In this document: piece by piece, positions 19,532-29,073 of the stretch
Layout: each line of letters starts with the position of its first letter
How positions within the stretch are numbered: the first letter of the stretch is position 1
DNA from: Myxococcota bacterium
GTDB lineage: Bacteria; Myxococcota_A; Polyangia; Nannocystales; Nannocystaceae
NCBI GenBank assembly: GCA_039028615.1
Contig: JBCCHT010000015.1
Location: 128,001-192,000 of the forward strand
Reading direction: 5' to 3'
Length of the DNA stretch: 64,000 bases
Made by a program: the position numbers and the translations under genes
The notes under the pieces: generated by a model
Told to the model about the DNA's origin: nothing
What the model saw: only the letters and a program-made list of their open reading frames with translations
The model's database searches: none

Positions 19532-22019
19532 TCTGTTCGAGCGGTTGGCTCGACGGGCACTCGGCCTGACTTCCGGGGTCGTCAAGCCGGGGCGGGCGCT
19601 TCCCTTCTCGCAGGGCGCGGCCCCGCAGGAGGAGCTGGGGTCGTTGCTCGGCGGCGTGGCGGAGCGACGGCCGGGGCAGCGGCCCGTGTTGCCGGCGTTG
19701 CGGGATCGCCAGGTCGCGGACGCGGCGGAGCTAGGGCGGCCGGCAGACCCCGGGCGGGTGGACCTGCCGGGGCTCGAGGAACTCGGGCGGTCGCAGGGGA
19801 GTGATGGTGAGCGGTCGGAACGGCAGCCTCCCGCGGAAGAAACCGTCACGCCGAGTTCGGTCGAGGCGTCGGAGCCTGCGGAGACCTCGAAGCCCGCGGA
19901 GACCGAATCGAGGGCGGCGGAGCGAGGAGAGGGCAGGGCTCGGGAGGCCGAGGAGCGCCGGACCACGGAACGGAGGGCCGAGCGCGAGGAGCCGACCGCC
20001 GATCGGGGAGCCCGGGGGCGAACGGATGCCGAGGTCGAGCCGGTCGAGAGTGACGGGCGAGAGGGCTCGACGTCGAAGCGGGAACCTCGAGGTAAGGAGC
20101 CGAGTGCCGAATCGAGGGCGGCCGACGAGGGCGTTGGGCAGCGCCGGTTGTCGAAGTCGCGGCGGACGGCTCGGGAAACCTCGAGGGGACCCTCGGACGA
20201 GGGGGTAGGGCGATCGGCCGACCGCGTGCCCGCCGAGAAGGCGACCCGCGGCGAAGGAGCCGACGCGCTCGGGAGCGTCCGTGACACGGCGAGAACCGAA
20301 ACACGGGAGAACGTCGAAGCACCACGACGAGGGGCGCATTCTCCCGAAGCCGAACTGCCCGCGAAGGCGGGTGCTCGGGCGAAGGTCGAAGCACCGAAGG
20401 GGGTCGGTCGTCCCGCGAACGCCCGGCTGCCTGCGATGGGCAACGGTGTCGAGCGCGTTGGGGTACCTGCGGATATCAACGAGTCGCTCGACGCCATCGA
20501 GCGCATCGATGATGGGGAGCCGTTGACCGCCAGGGAGCCGGCGAAAAGGTCGGCCCCGGCGAAGGCCGCGGACTCGAGTTCACTCGATGCTCCCGTTGCA
20601 GTCGAGTTGGGCACGGGCGATCGGACGTCGACTTCAAACAACCCCACGTCTGGCGATTCACGCTCGCGGCCTGGCGCGGCTGAGGCGGCTCTGGGCCATG
20701 AGGCAGCGAGGGCCGAAGCCGTTCCTCCGGGAGTGCCGGACCACGCAGCGGAGCGACCCGCGGATAAATCCGAGGCGAGGCGGGGCGATGCTGCTTCGCC
20801 GTCGGCCTTGCGGGATCGACAGCGCGGGCGGGAGCAGGGCGCCGATACTGCGGCTCGAGAACCACTGCGGTCGGAATCGGCTCGAGCGGTCCTGCGCGAT
20901 CGGGTGAAGCCGGCCGAGCTGGAGTCGCCCCGGCGTTCCTTCGAGCGCGACGGGGCCAGGCCTTCGCCAGATCGAACCGCCAGCTCGGAGGTTGCGCCCG
21001 TCGTTGCTCCGACGGAGGCTCAGAGTGGACAGGCGACCGTCGAGCCTTCCGACCAGGCCTCCGCTACGCATCCCCGCGAGGCGCTGCCGGATGCGCGGCC
21101 GTCACCCCGGGCACGGCGTGCCGCGGATCGATCGACCATGAGCGAGTCGGCCGACGATCCTCGCACCCGGATGCCGGCCGGTACCCCGGAGTCCCGAGGA
21201 GAAGGGGCCGCTGCGCCGCGGCCCCGCGCCCAGGCCCCAGACCACGCTCGCCTCGAGAACGCCGAGCCGCCCGAGTCGCTCGAACAACGCCTCTCGACCC
21301 ACAGGGAGGGTCCTCGCCGAGAACAGAGCACACCTACGCTCCAGGCGCCCCGGCACGACTCGCCGTTGCCCGTCGATCCCGTGGTGCAACGCGTCGCTCG
21401 TCGGAACGGCGAGGCGGACGTCGGTGGCGAGGCCTTCGACCGGCCGCGCGCGACCGAGTCCAGTGCACCCTCGGCCGCCCGAGCGGGTCGTCGGTCTTCC
21501 GCGCTGCAACAACCGACCCGCGTTCCCGAACTCACCGATCGCAGCGAGCGAGCGAGCACTCCTGGGCCTACGGAGCGACTGCCCTCGATTGCGGTGGAGT
21601 CGACCGAACTCGCTGATGCCCCACGTCGCCCGCAGCCCCCCGAGCCCAGCCCGCGCGCGAAGACGAAACACCCGCCGACGGAGCCGCGCTCGCGGTGGGT
21701 CTCCGTGCCCGACGTGAGCGCCACGGTCCCCACCTCCCGCGCGTCCGAACCCACGACGACCGCGCCCCGACCTCGTGCCGTCGAGGAGCGAACCTCCGCC
21801 GTATCTCCGTCCCAACCAACCCTCGCCGCGGTACGAACCCAGACCCGTCGCGAGCGCTCCAATCCCTCGAAGCCCAAGGACGCCCCGGTCCAAGTCCACA
21901 TCGGGGTCATCGAGGTCGTCACGATGGACGGCGCCGCGACCCCCGGACTTCGCGCTCCCTCCCGCCAGGCCCCCGTGTCGCTCGCCGACTACCTCGCTCG
22001 TAGGAGGGGTCGCGGATGA
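19524..22019 (+). CDS. Long disordered protein, candidate tape measure
   Basis: R/E/P/A/S-rich low complexity; ordered ends (LFERLARRALG; VQVHIGVIEV...SLADYL); overlaps both neighbours. Confidence 0.65.
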   Translation: MDDLFERLARRALGLTSGVVKPGRALPFSQGAAPQEELGSLLGGVAERRPGQRPVLPALRDRQVADAAELGRPADPGRVDLPGLEELGRSQGSDGERSERQPPAEETVTPSSVEASEPAETSKPAETESRAAERGEGRAREAEERRTTERRAEREEPTADRGARGRTDAEVEPVESDGREGSTSKREPRGKEPSAESRAADEGVGQRRLSKSRRTARETSRGPSDEGVGRSADRVPAEKATRGEGADALGSVRDTARTETRENVEAPRRGAHSPEAELPAKAGARAKVEAPKGVGRPANARLPAMGNGVERVGVPADINESLDAIERIDDGEPLTAREPAKRSAPAKAADSSSLDAPVAVELGTGDRTSTSNNPTSGDSRSRPGAAEAALGHEAARAEAVPPGVPDHAAERPADKSEARRGDAASPSALRDRQRGREQGADTAAREPLRSESARAVLRDRVKPAELESPRRSFERDGARPSPDRTASSEVAPVVAPTEAQSGQATVEPSDQASATHPREALPDARPSPRARRAADRSTMSESADDPRTRMPAGTPESRGEGAAAPRPRAQAPDHARLENAEPPESLEQRLSTHREGPRREQSTPTLQAPRHDSPLPVDPVVQRVARRNGEADVGGEAFDRPRATESSAPSAARAGRRSSALQQPTRVPELTDRSERASTPGPTERLPSIAVESTELADAPRRPQPPEPSPRAKTKHPPTEPRSRWVSVPDVSATVPTSRASEPTTTAPRPRAVEERTSAVSPSQPTLAAVRTQTRRERSNPSKPKDAPVQVHIGVIEVVTMDGAATPGLRAPSRQAPVSLADYLARRRGRG

Positions 22020-23251
22020 GCAACTATCAGGCCGTCGCGGTGGTCACCGCCACCTTGCGCTACCTCCTGCACGAGGCGGTCAAGAACGCCCTGCCGGAGG
22101 CGCAGGTCACCCTCAAGCGTCCAGAGGAGGACGGAGGAGGAGCCGACCGCGATCGACCTCGGATCAACCTGTTTTTGTTCCAGACCCTGGACAGCCCCAC
22201 TGCGCGCAACTCCGACCTGCCCACGCGAAACCCGGGCGGTGGCTTGACCCGTCGCCCTCGCGTCGCCCTGAATCTCAACTACCTGCTGACCTTCTTCGGG
22301 GACGCGGAGAACAGCCACCTGTTGCTCGGGCTGGCCACCACCGCGCTACACCAGCATGCGTTCCTGACTCCGCAGGACATCCAGGATGCGACGAGCAGCA
22401 AGCCGTCGCTCCAAGGCTCGGGGCTCGATCAGCAACAGCCACCGGTTCGGGTGGCGCCGCTGACCTTCTCCTTCGACGAGTTCTCGAAGTTCTGGTCGGG
22501 CTTCTTTCAGATCCCGTACTCACTCTCCGTGGCGTACCAGGCCTCGGTGGTGCTGATGGACAGCCCCATCGAGCCCGTCGCCACCTTGCCCGTACGCCAG
22601 GTGGGCTCGCGTGGAGTCCCACGGCCCACGCCCCGGCTGGGACCTCTGGCTCCGGTCTCGTTTCCCGCCAGTGGTGCACCGCCGACGATCGACGTCGAGG
22701 GCGATGGGCTGGTTCGCGGCGACATGCTCGAGGTCGGTGGCACGCTGCTCACCATCGGCGCGGGGCCGAGCGGTGGGTTGTCGGTCACGCTCCCTGCAAC
22801 GCTCTCACCCGGCCCGCACCCGGTTCGCGTGGGCATCACCGTGTCGCTGGGTAACCCACCCACGCCGCATACGGTGCTCTCGTCCACCGAGCGAGAGCTG
22901 AAGGTCCGTCCCACCATCGCGACCATCAGTTTCAACGCGGCCACGCCTGCGGTCGTGTTTCCTCCCTCGCCGGGGGCTCCGGCCACGATCACGGTGCAGG
23001 TGGTGCCGCCATTGCGTGCGGGGCAAGTGGCGACGCTCTCGCTGTTTCCCACGGCGACCTCGCCTGGAGCCGGAGCGAAGTCGCTGGTCCTCGACGGCGC
23101 GACACAGGAAACCCCTGGCGTGCTCTCCATCGCCGTGCCCGCCAACGTGACCGGGACCTTCTTCGCCCGGCTCGGTGTCGACGGGGTGGACTCCGAGCTC
23201 GGGGTCGACAGCAGCGGCCGCTTCACGGGACCGGAGGTCACGATCCCATGA
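22016..23251 (+). CDS. Pvc16/DUF4255 tail terminator (cap) protein with Ig-like C-terminal extension
   Basis: MSNYQAVAVVTATLR, RINLFLFQ, LNLNYLLTFFG, KFWS-F---YSLSVAYQASVVL. Confidence 0.88.
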   Translation: MSNYQAVAVVTATLRYLLHEAVKNALPEAQVTLKRPEEDGGGADRDRPRINLFLFQTLDSPTARNSDLPTRNPGGGLTRRPRVALNLNYLLTFFGDAENSHLLLGLATTALHQHAFLTPQDIQDATSSKPSLQGSGLDQQQPPVRVAPLTFSFDEFSKFWSGFFQIPYSLSVAYQASVVLMDSPIEPVATLPVRQVGSRGVPRPTPRLGPLAPVSFPASGAPPTIDVEGDGLVRGDMLEVGGTLLTIGAGPSGGLSVTLPATLSPGPHPVRVGITVSLGNPPTPHTVLSSTERELKVRPTIATISFNAATPAVVFPPSPGAPATITVQVVPPLRAGQVATLSLFPTATSPGAGAKSLVLDGATQETPGVLSIAVPANVTGTFFARLGVDGVDSELGVDSSGRFTGPEVTIP

Positions 23252-25275
23252 ACGACGTCGATCGCTGGCAGGAGCGCAACCGCGAGCTGCTGATCGCCGC
23301 ATTGGCCGATCTGGGCACGCGCATGGCCGTGCACTTGGGCGTGGAGTCCGAGACCCGGGCGGTCGTGGCGGAATGGGTCGAGACCGCGGTCATGGACGCG
23401 CTGCGAGCGGAGTCGCGGGCACCGATGGCGCTCGACCTGTTCGTCGAGGCGCTGGGGCTCGATGCATTCGAACGAGACGTCGTCCTGTTGTGTGCGGGCT
23501 TCGAACTGCATGCGCCCTTCGTGGAAATCTGCCATCGCTTCGCAGGCCAGAGCGTCACGAGGCCCACCTGGAGCTTCGTGCTGTCGTCGATCCCCGGCGC
23601 GGAGTGGTCGGCGTTGGCTCCCAGCGCTCCGCTACGGGCGTGGCACGTCCTACGCCTCGAGCCGGGCCCATCGTTGGTGCAGCAGCCCATTCGGCTCGAC
23701 GAACAGATCCTGCACTACCTGCTCGGCATGGGCATCGATCTGCACCTCGATCGGCCCTTGTCGATGGTCGACGTCGACCTCGAAGAACAGGGGAGCGAGC
23801 AGCTCCATGCCATCGCCGCTCGCCTCAAGGCCGGCCTGGAGCGGGTGAGCGCCAACGCCGATGCGGTGCCCGCCGTGCAGCTGTTCGGCCCCGAGGCGGG
23901 GCTGCGCAAGGTCGTGGCCTACGATGTCTCGCAGAGTCTCGGGCTCAACTTGGTCGAGGTGGCGCTGGCCGACCTGGGGCCCGCCGATGCTGCCCTCGAT
24001 GCCTTGCTCGATCGCTGGGAACGCAACGCCCTGGTGGCGCGCAGTGCCTTGCTGGTGACCCTCGACGACGACGGCAAGGCGGACGGCACTCGGGATCCGC
24101 GGCTGCGACGGCTCATGGGGCGACTTCGGCAGGTGCCGGTCTTCGTGTCCGGGCGCGTCGTCCCGCCGCTGGCCCTCGAGCGCCCCTTGCTGTCGGCCGA
24201 AGTCCCGGCTCCCAGCCCCATGCGACGGCTGCAGCTGTGGGAGCGTGCGCTCGGACCCTTGGCGGAGACCCTGGGAGACAGCCTCGACTCGCTCGCCTCG
24301 CAGTTCCTGATGGACGCCCGCGAGATCGATGCCGCCGTGGGCACGGCCCTGGGACAGCTGCACGCCGAGGAGCCCGAGCGAACCCTGGAGGGGCCTGCCT
24401 TGGCCGATGCATTGTGGAGTGCATCCCGTGGCCATGGCCGGCCGCGCCTGGACTCCCTCGCCCAGCGACTCCGGGTGGCGGAGCGCAGCGACGACGACTC
24501 GGGCTGGGAGGGCCTCGTGCTGCCGCCGCAGCAGCTCGCGCAGCTGCAACAGATCGAGGCCCACGTGCGCTACAGCTTCCAGGTCTGGGATCGCTGGGGC
24601 TTCGATCGCGGCGGGGCGCGTGGCGTGGGCGTCAGCGCGCTATTCTACGGCGAGAGCGGCACGGGCAAGACCCACGCCGCGGAGCGACTGGCGGCGCGTC
24701 TGCGGCTCGACCTGTACCGGGTCGACCTGGCCAGCATCGTGAGCAAGTACATCGGCGAGACGGAGAAGAACCTGCGCCAGATCTTCGACGCCGCCGACGA
24801 GGGCGGGGTGCTGCTGCTCTTCGACGAGGCCGATGCCGTGTTCGGGCGCCGCAGCGACGTCAAGGACAGCCACGATCGCTACGCCAACATGGAGGTCAGC
24901 TACCTGCTGCAGCGCATCGAGACGGCGCGCGGGATTTCCATCCTCACCACCAACCTACGCGATGCCATCGACACCGCCTTCCAGCGTCGCCTGCGGTTCG
25001 TGGTCGAGTTTCCGTTCCCGGCGCAGCCGCAGCGCGCGGAGATCTGGCGGCAGATTTTCCCCGCTGCGACGCCGACCGAGGGCCTGCAGTTCGACAAGCT
25101 CTCGCGGCTCAACGTGACGGGCGGCAACATTCGCAACATCGCGCTCAACGGCATGTTCCTCGCGGCCGAGGCGGGGGAGCCGGTGCAGATGCGACACCTG
25201 CTGGCCGCGACGCGTAGCGAGTACGAGAAGCTCGACAAGCCGCTCAGCCAATCCGACGTGGGGGACTGGGCATGA
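23248..25275 (+). CDS. AAA+ ATPase (Afp15-like)
   Basis: Walker A GESGTGKT, VSKYIGETEKNL, Walker B LLFDEAD, DSHDRYAN-EVSYLLQR. Confidence 0.95.
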   Translation: MNDVDRWQERNRELLIAALADLGTRMAVHLGVESETRAVVAEWVETAVMDALRAESRAPMALDLFVEALGLDAFERDVVLLCAGFELHAPFVEICHRFAGQSVTRPTWSFVLSSIPGAEWSALAPSAPLRAWHVLRLEPGPSLVQQPIRLDEQILHYLLGMGIDLHLDRPLSMVDVDLEEQGSEQLHAIAARLKAGLERVSANADAVPAVQLFGPEAGLRKVVAYDVSQSLGLNLVEVALADLGPADAALDALLDRWERNALVARSALLVTLDDDGKADGTRDPRLRRLMGRLRQVPVFVSGRVVPPLALERPLLSAEVPAPSPMRRLQLWERALGPLAETLGDSLDSLASQFLMDAREIDAAVGTALGQLHAEEPERTLEGPALADALWSASRGHGRPRLDSLAQRLRVAERSDDDSGWEGLVLPPQQLAQLQQIEAHVRYSFQVWDRWGFDRGGARGVGVSALFYGESGTGKTHAAERLAARLRLDLYRVDLASIVSKYIGETEKNLRQIFDAADEGGVLLLFDEADAVFGRRSDVKDSHDRYANMEVSYLLQRIETARGISILTTNLRDAIDTAFQRRLRFVVEFPFPAQPQRAEIWRQIFPAATPTEGLQFDKLSRLNVTGGNIRNIALNGMFLAAEAGEPVQMRHLLAATRSEYEKLDKPLSQSDVGDWA

Positions 25276-25550
25276 GCGCGCCCTACCAGCTCCGCATCGA
25301 TCGCCTGCGCGTGCCCGGGCTCGAGCCGCATGAGCACGACGCGATGCATCGCGCGCTCGAGCGAGAGCTGGGGCGTCTGAGCACTCGACACGGTCTCCCG
25401 CGGCGGGTCGCCCAGGGGCCGGCATGGACGCCCGGAGGCGTGGTGGAGGTCCCCTCCGGGGCGAGCCCGTCCGAAATCGGCGTCCACATGGCGCGCTTCA
25501 TCCACTCCAGCCTCGGCGGCTTCATCCCTCACGAAGAGCAGCGCCCATGA
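25272..25550 (+). CDS. Small eCIS-associated protein
   Basis: ATGA overlaps on both sides; LRIDRLRVPG...ALERELGRL pattern. Confidence 0.65.
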   Translation: MSAPYQLRIDRLRVPGLEPHEHDAMHRALERELGRLSTRHGLPRRVAQGPAWTPGGVVEVPSGASPSEIGVHMARFIHSSLGGFIPHEEQRP

Positions 25551-26218
25551 CCACCGTTCCTCCCCAACCGCCGCCTCCCGGCACGATCAACCTGGTGCGT
25601 GGTGCTCTGGTCACCGTAGGCAACGGCACGCAGCGCAACACGATCGCGTTTCAGTACAACCCCACGACGCTGCGACGATCGCTGCAGTCCAACACGGTGG
25701 GCGGGGCGGAAGGTGATCGGGCGGAAGCCGTACGCTTCGTGGGGGCAGCGGTCGAGACGGTCACCCTCGATGCGCAGTTCGATGCCACCGACGGACTCGA
25801 CGCGGGCGACCCGACGACCGTCTCGATGGGTATCTACCCCACGTTGTCGGCGCTCGCGTTGCTGGTCTATCCGTCCACGACCGACGTTCGTAGCGCCCAG
25901 CAGAAGCTCCAGCAAGGGCAGATCGAGGTGATGCCGGCCCTCGCTCCCAACGTGCTGTTCGTCTGGGGCAAGCGCCGCGTGCTTCCGGTTCGCGTGGCGC
26001 AGATGAACATCACCGAGCAGTTCTTCGACTCCAACCTCAACCCCATCCAGGCCACGGTGTCGCTGACCTTGCGGGTGATGACCTACTCCGACCTGCTGCC
26101 GTCGAACCCCGGCTACCAGGAGTTCCTCACTTACCAGCAGGGGCTGGAGGCGATGGCTCCCGAGGGCTTCACCAACAACGCCAGCCAGGTCACGGGCGTG
26201 GACCTCAACAAGATCTAG
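25547..26218 (+). CDS. Tube initiator / CIS tube protein (Afp7 N-terminal-like)
   Basis: IAFQYNPTTLRRSL, LFVWGKRRVLPVR, ITEQFFD-NLNPIQA-VSL-LRV. Confidence 0.85.
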   Translation: MTTVPPQPPPPGTINLVRGALVTVGNGTQRNTIAFQYNPTTLRRSLQSNTVGGAEGDRAEAVRFVGAAVETVTLDAQFDATDGLDAGDPTTVSMGIYPTLSALALLVYPSTTDVRSAQQKLQQGQIEVMPALAPNVLFVWGKRRVLPVRVAQMNITEQFFDSNLNPIQATVSLTLRVMTYSDLLPSNPGYQEFLTYQQGLEAMAPEGFTNNASQVTGVDLNKI

Positions 26219-26225
26219 GAGTCTC

Positions 26226-26540
26226 ATGGCCAACGGTCCCAACTTCTTCGGCAAGAGCAGCGCGTACGCCAACGCCAAGACCCACGTCTACGTGACGCCG
26301 GACGGGCGCCGCATCGAGTACGTGCAGCCGCGGGTCCTGCCGCAGCCCGACTCGGTGCCGCTCCAGGGCTTCACGCGGGTGCAGGACTCCACCGCGCAGC
26401 GCCTCGACTTGGTGTCGTTCCAGACCCTCGGCAACGCGCTGCTCGCCTGGCGGGTCGCCGATGCGAACGGCGCGATGGACCCCTTCGACCTCGTGACTCG
26501 CGTCGGTCGCACGCTTCGGGTCCCCGATCCCACTGCTTGA
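26226..26540 (+). CDS. LysM/gp53-like baseplate protein
   Basis: RLDLVSFQTLGNALLAWRVADAN...GRTLRVP; AGGAG ribosome-binding site. Confidence 0.85.
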   Translation: MANGPNFFGKSSAYANAKTHVYVTPDGRRIEYVQPRVLPQPDSVPLQGFTRVQDSTAQRLDLVSFQTLGNALLAWRVADANGAMDPFDLVTRVGRTLRVPDPTA

Positions 26541-26549
26541 GCGCTCGTC

Positions 26550-27719
26550 ATGCCCAACGGTCCCTCCATCGGTAGCGTCGTCGTGAGCCTGAAGATTGGC
26601 TCCGAGCTGCCCACGCCTGCGCCCGCATCGTTGATGCAGGCGCTGCAGAAGGTGGAGGTGACACAGACCGACGAGGTGCCCTCGGGGTTCCAGCTGACCT
26701 TCCACACCGAGATCGACAACACCACGTCGCAGGACTACGCGGTGGTGCAGGACGACCTGCTCCAGCTCTTCAATCGCGTGGTGATAAGCGTGGTCGTCAA
26801 CGGGGTCTCCACCACGCTGATGGATGGCTTCATCACCGGGCAGCAGCTGGTGCCGAGCGGTCGCCCCGGCGGCTCGATGTTCGTGGTCACGGGGGAGGAC
26901 ATCAGCGTCAAGATGGACGCGGTCGAGTACTCGCTGGAGTACCCGGCCCTGGGCGACGCGGCCATCGTCGCGGTCGTGCTGGCCAAGTACCTGTTCCTCG
27001 GGGTCATCCCCGAGGTCATCCCCACCATCAGCGGCGCGGTGCCCTTCGGCTGGACCCCGCTGCAAAACTGCAGCGATCGCGCTTGGGTCAGCTCTCTGGC
27101 GCAGCAAAACGGCGCGCTCTTCTACGTCACGCCCGGCCCGGCTCCGATGACCAACGTCGCGTACTGGGGCCCGCCGAAGCTCTCGGAGCCGCTGCAGGAC
27201 CCGCTCAACGTCAACATGGGGCCGTTCACCAACGTCGAACAAATCTCGTTCGGGATCGACGGACTCAAGCCCTTCTTCGTCGTCGGCTCGGTCCTCGAGA
27301 CGCTCACCGACCCTTACTTGCCCGTGCCGGTCGCGACCTTGTCCAGTACCCGCGAGCCCGCGCTGGCCACCAAGCCCGTGCTGGAGCCCAGCGCCCTGGT
27401 CTCGCTGTCGGTCAAGAAGAAGCTGTGGATCGACCAGGGCTTCAACCCGGTGAAGTCGGCCGCCGTCGCGCAGGGGATGACCGACCTGTCCACCGACCAG
27501 GTCGTCACCGCGACCGGGCGGCTCGATGTCTCCCGCTACGCCAACGTCCTCACGGCACCGGGCATGGTCGGCGTGCGGGGCACGGGCACGAACTACGACG
27601 GCAAGTACTACGTCAAGTCCGTACAGCACCAGATCAGCACGCGAAGCGGTGACTGGAGCTACCTGCAGGATTTCACCCTCAACCGCGAAGGCCTGGGCAC
27701 CACCACCCGGCGCGTTTGA
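26550..27719 (+). CDS. Baseplate hub (gp27/late-control-D, VgrG N-terminal-like)
   Basis: SGFQLTF, LMDGFIT, VTGEDISV-MD, AYWGP, VGVRG-G--YDG-YYVKSV-H, FTLNREG. Confidence 0.85.
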   Translation: MPNGPSIGSVVVSLKIGSELPTPAPASLMQALQKVEVTQTDEVPSGFQLTFHTEIDNTTSQDYAVVQDDLLQLFNRVVISVVVNGVSTTLMDGFITGQQLVPSGRPGGSMFVVTGEDISVKMDAVEYSLEYPALGDAAIVAVVLAKYLFLGVIPEVIPTISGAVPFGWTPLQNCSDRAWVSSLAQQNGALFYVTPGPAPMTNVAYWGPPKLSEPLQDPLNVNMGPFTNVEQISFGIDGLKPFFVVGSVLETLTDPYLPVPVATLSSTREPALATKPVLEPSALVSLSVKKKLWIDQGFNPVKSAAVAQGMTDLSTDQVVTATGRLDVSRYANVLTAPGMVGVRGTGTNYDGKYYVKSVQHQISTRSGDWSYLQDFTLNREGLGTTTRRV

Positions 27720-27740
27720 CCGCGCGGAGGGAGTTTGAAC

Positions 27741-28700
27741 ATGGACGGATCGAGTCGAGATTCATGTGGAGCGCAGCCCCCCAACGCGATGGGCACGGGG
27801 CCGCGGCATTTCGGCAAGTACCGGGGCACGGTCATCGACAACATCGATCCGACGCAGCAGGCGCGGCTGTTGTGCATCGTGCCCGCGTTCTCCGGGATGA
27901 AGCTTTCTTGGGCTTTGCCCTGTGTGCCCTACGCGGGACCCGAGGTGGGCTTTTTCGCCATCCCGCCCATCGGCGCCAACGTGTGGGTCGAGTTCGAGGG
28001 CGGCAACCTCGACTTTCCCATCTGGAGCGGTTGTTTCTGGGAGAAGGGCGAGCTGCCCCCCGAGGTCGAGCTCTCGCCCGAGGACCCCGCCCTGGTGAAG
28101 GTGTGGAAGACCCCGTTCTGCACGCTGATGCTCAACGACACACCCGCCGAAGGCGGCATCACGTTGTCGGTCATCGATGCCGCGGTGGAGGTCCCGATCA
28201 CGATGACCTTCACTTCGGCCGGGGTGGAGATCAACACCGGGGTCACCACCCTGACCATGAACGCGGAGACGGGAACCAACCTGCTGGTGGCGGAGAGCAC
28301 AGTGACGCTCACCGAGGCGGAGATGAGCGTCGAGACCCCGGACGTGAACATCACCGCCAACGTCAACGTCACGGGGCCGGTCGAGATCGAGGGCAACGTC
28401 GACATCACGGGGGCGGTGGAGATCACGGGCAACACGGAGATCGGCGGCGCGCTCGAGGTCGAAGGCGAGACCAACCTGCTGGCGGAGACGACCTGCGAGG
28501 GCGACGTGAACATCGCGGGGGCCTGCACGGTCGAAGGCGCGGTCGAGCTCGCGGGCGCGCTCGCGGTCGAGGGCGAGTCCAACTTCCTCGGCCTGGTCAC
28601 CATCGAAGGCGACCAGAACATCCTGGGCGGCGGCCAGGTCGAGGGCAACTTTGCGGTGCTCGGCGTCATCGAGGGCGTCGTCGTGCCGCCGCTTCTATGA
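27741..28700 (+). CDS. Spike protein (gp5/gpV OB-fold plus beta-helix)
   Basis: FGKYRGTV-DN-DP, WALPCVPYAG, PPIGANVWVEFEGG--DFPIWSGCFW; C-terminal Gly-initiated hexad repeats. Confidence 0.9.
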   Translation: MDGSSRDSCGAQPPNAMGTGPRHFGKYRGTVIDNIDPTQQARLLCIVPAFSGMKLSWALPCVPYAGPEVGFFAIPPIGANVWVEFEGGNLDFPIWSGCFWEKGELPPEVELSPEDPALVKVWKTPFCTLMLNDTPAEGGITLSVIDAAVEVPITMTFTSAGVEINTGVTTLTMNAETGTNLLVAESTVTLTEAEMSVETPDVNITANVNVTGPVEIEGNVDITGAVEITGNTEIGGALEVEGETNLLAETTCEGDVNIAGACTVEGAVELAGALAVEGESNFLGLVTIEGDQNILGGGQVEGNFAVLGVIEGVVVPPLL

Positions 28701-28715
28701 GGGGACGACGCGGGC

Positions 28716-29069
28716 ATGATGTACCTGAAGTTCCCCTTGCAAGTCGGCCCCGATGGGCTGCCCGCGCGTGCCAGCTACGCCGATCACGTCCTGCAGATGA
28801 TCGAGGAGCTGCTGTTCACCAACCCGGGAGAGCGGCTCAATCGGCCGCGCTTCGGGGTGGGGCTGTTGCAGCTGGTCTTCGGCCCCAACGACGAGGAAAT
28901 CGCGACCGCCACCCAGTTCCTAATCCAAAACGAGCTCCAGACCTGGCTGAGCGAGCACATCCAGGTGACCTCGGTGCAGGCGACGAATATCGAGAGCAGC
29001 CTCGAGATCACCATCGAATACACCCTGGTGAAGACCGGGCAGTCGCAGCGGGCGACCTTCGTACGGTAG
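28716..29069 (+). CDS. gp25/GPW sheath-initiator baseplate protein
   Basis: HVLQMIEELLFTNPGERLNRP-FGVGL-QLVF. Confidence 0.92.
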   Translation: MMYLKFPLQVGPDGLPARASYADHVLQMIEELLFTNPGERLNRPRFGVGLLQLVFGPNDEEIATATQFLIQNELQTWLSEHIQVTSVQATNIESSLEITIEYTLVKTGQSQRATFVR

Positions 29070-29073
29070 GACC

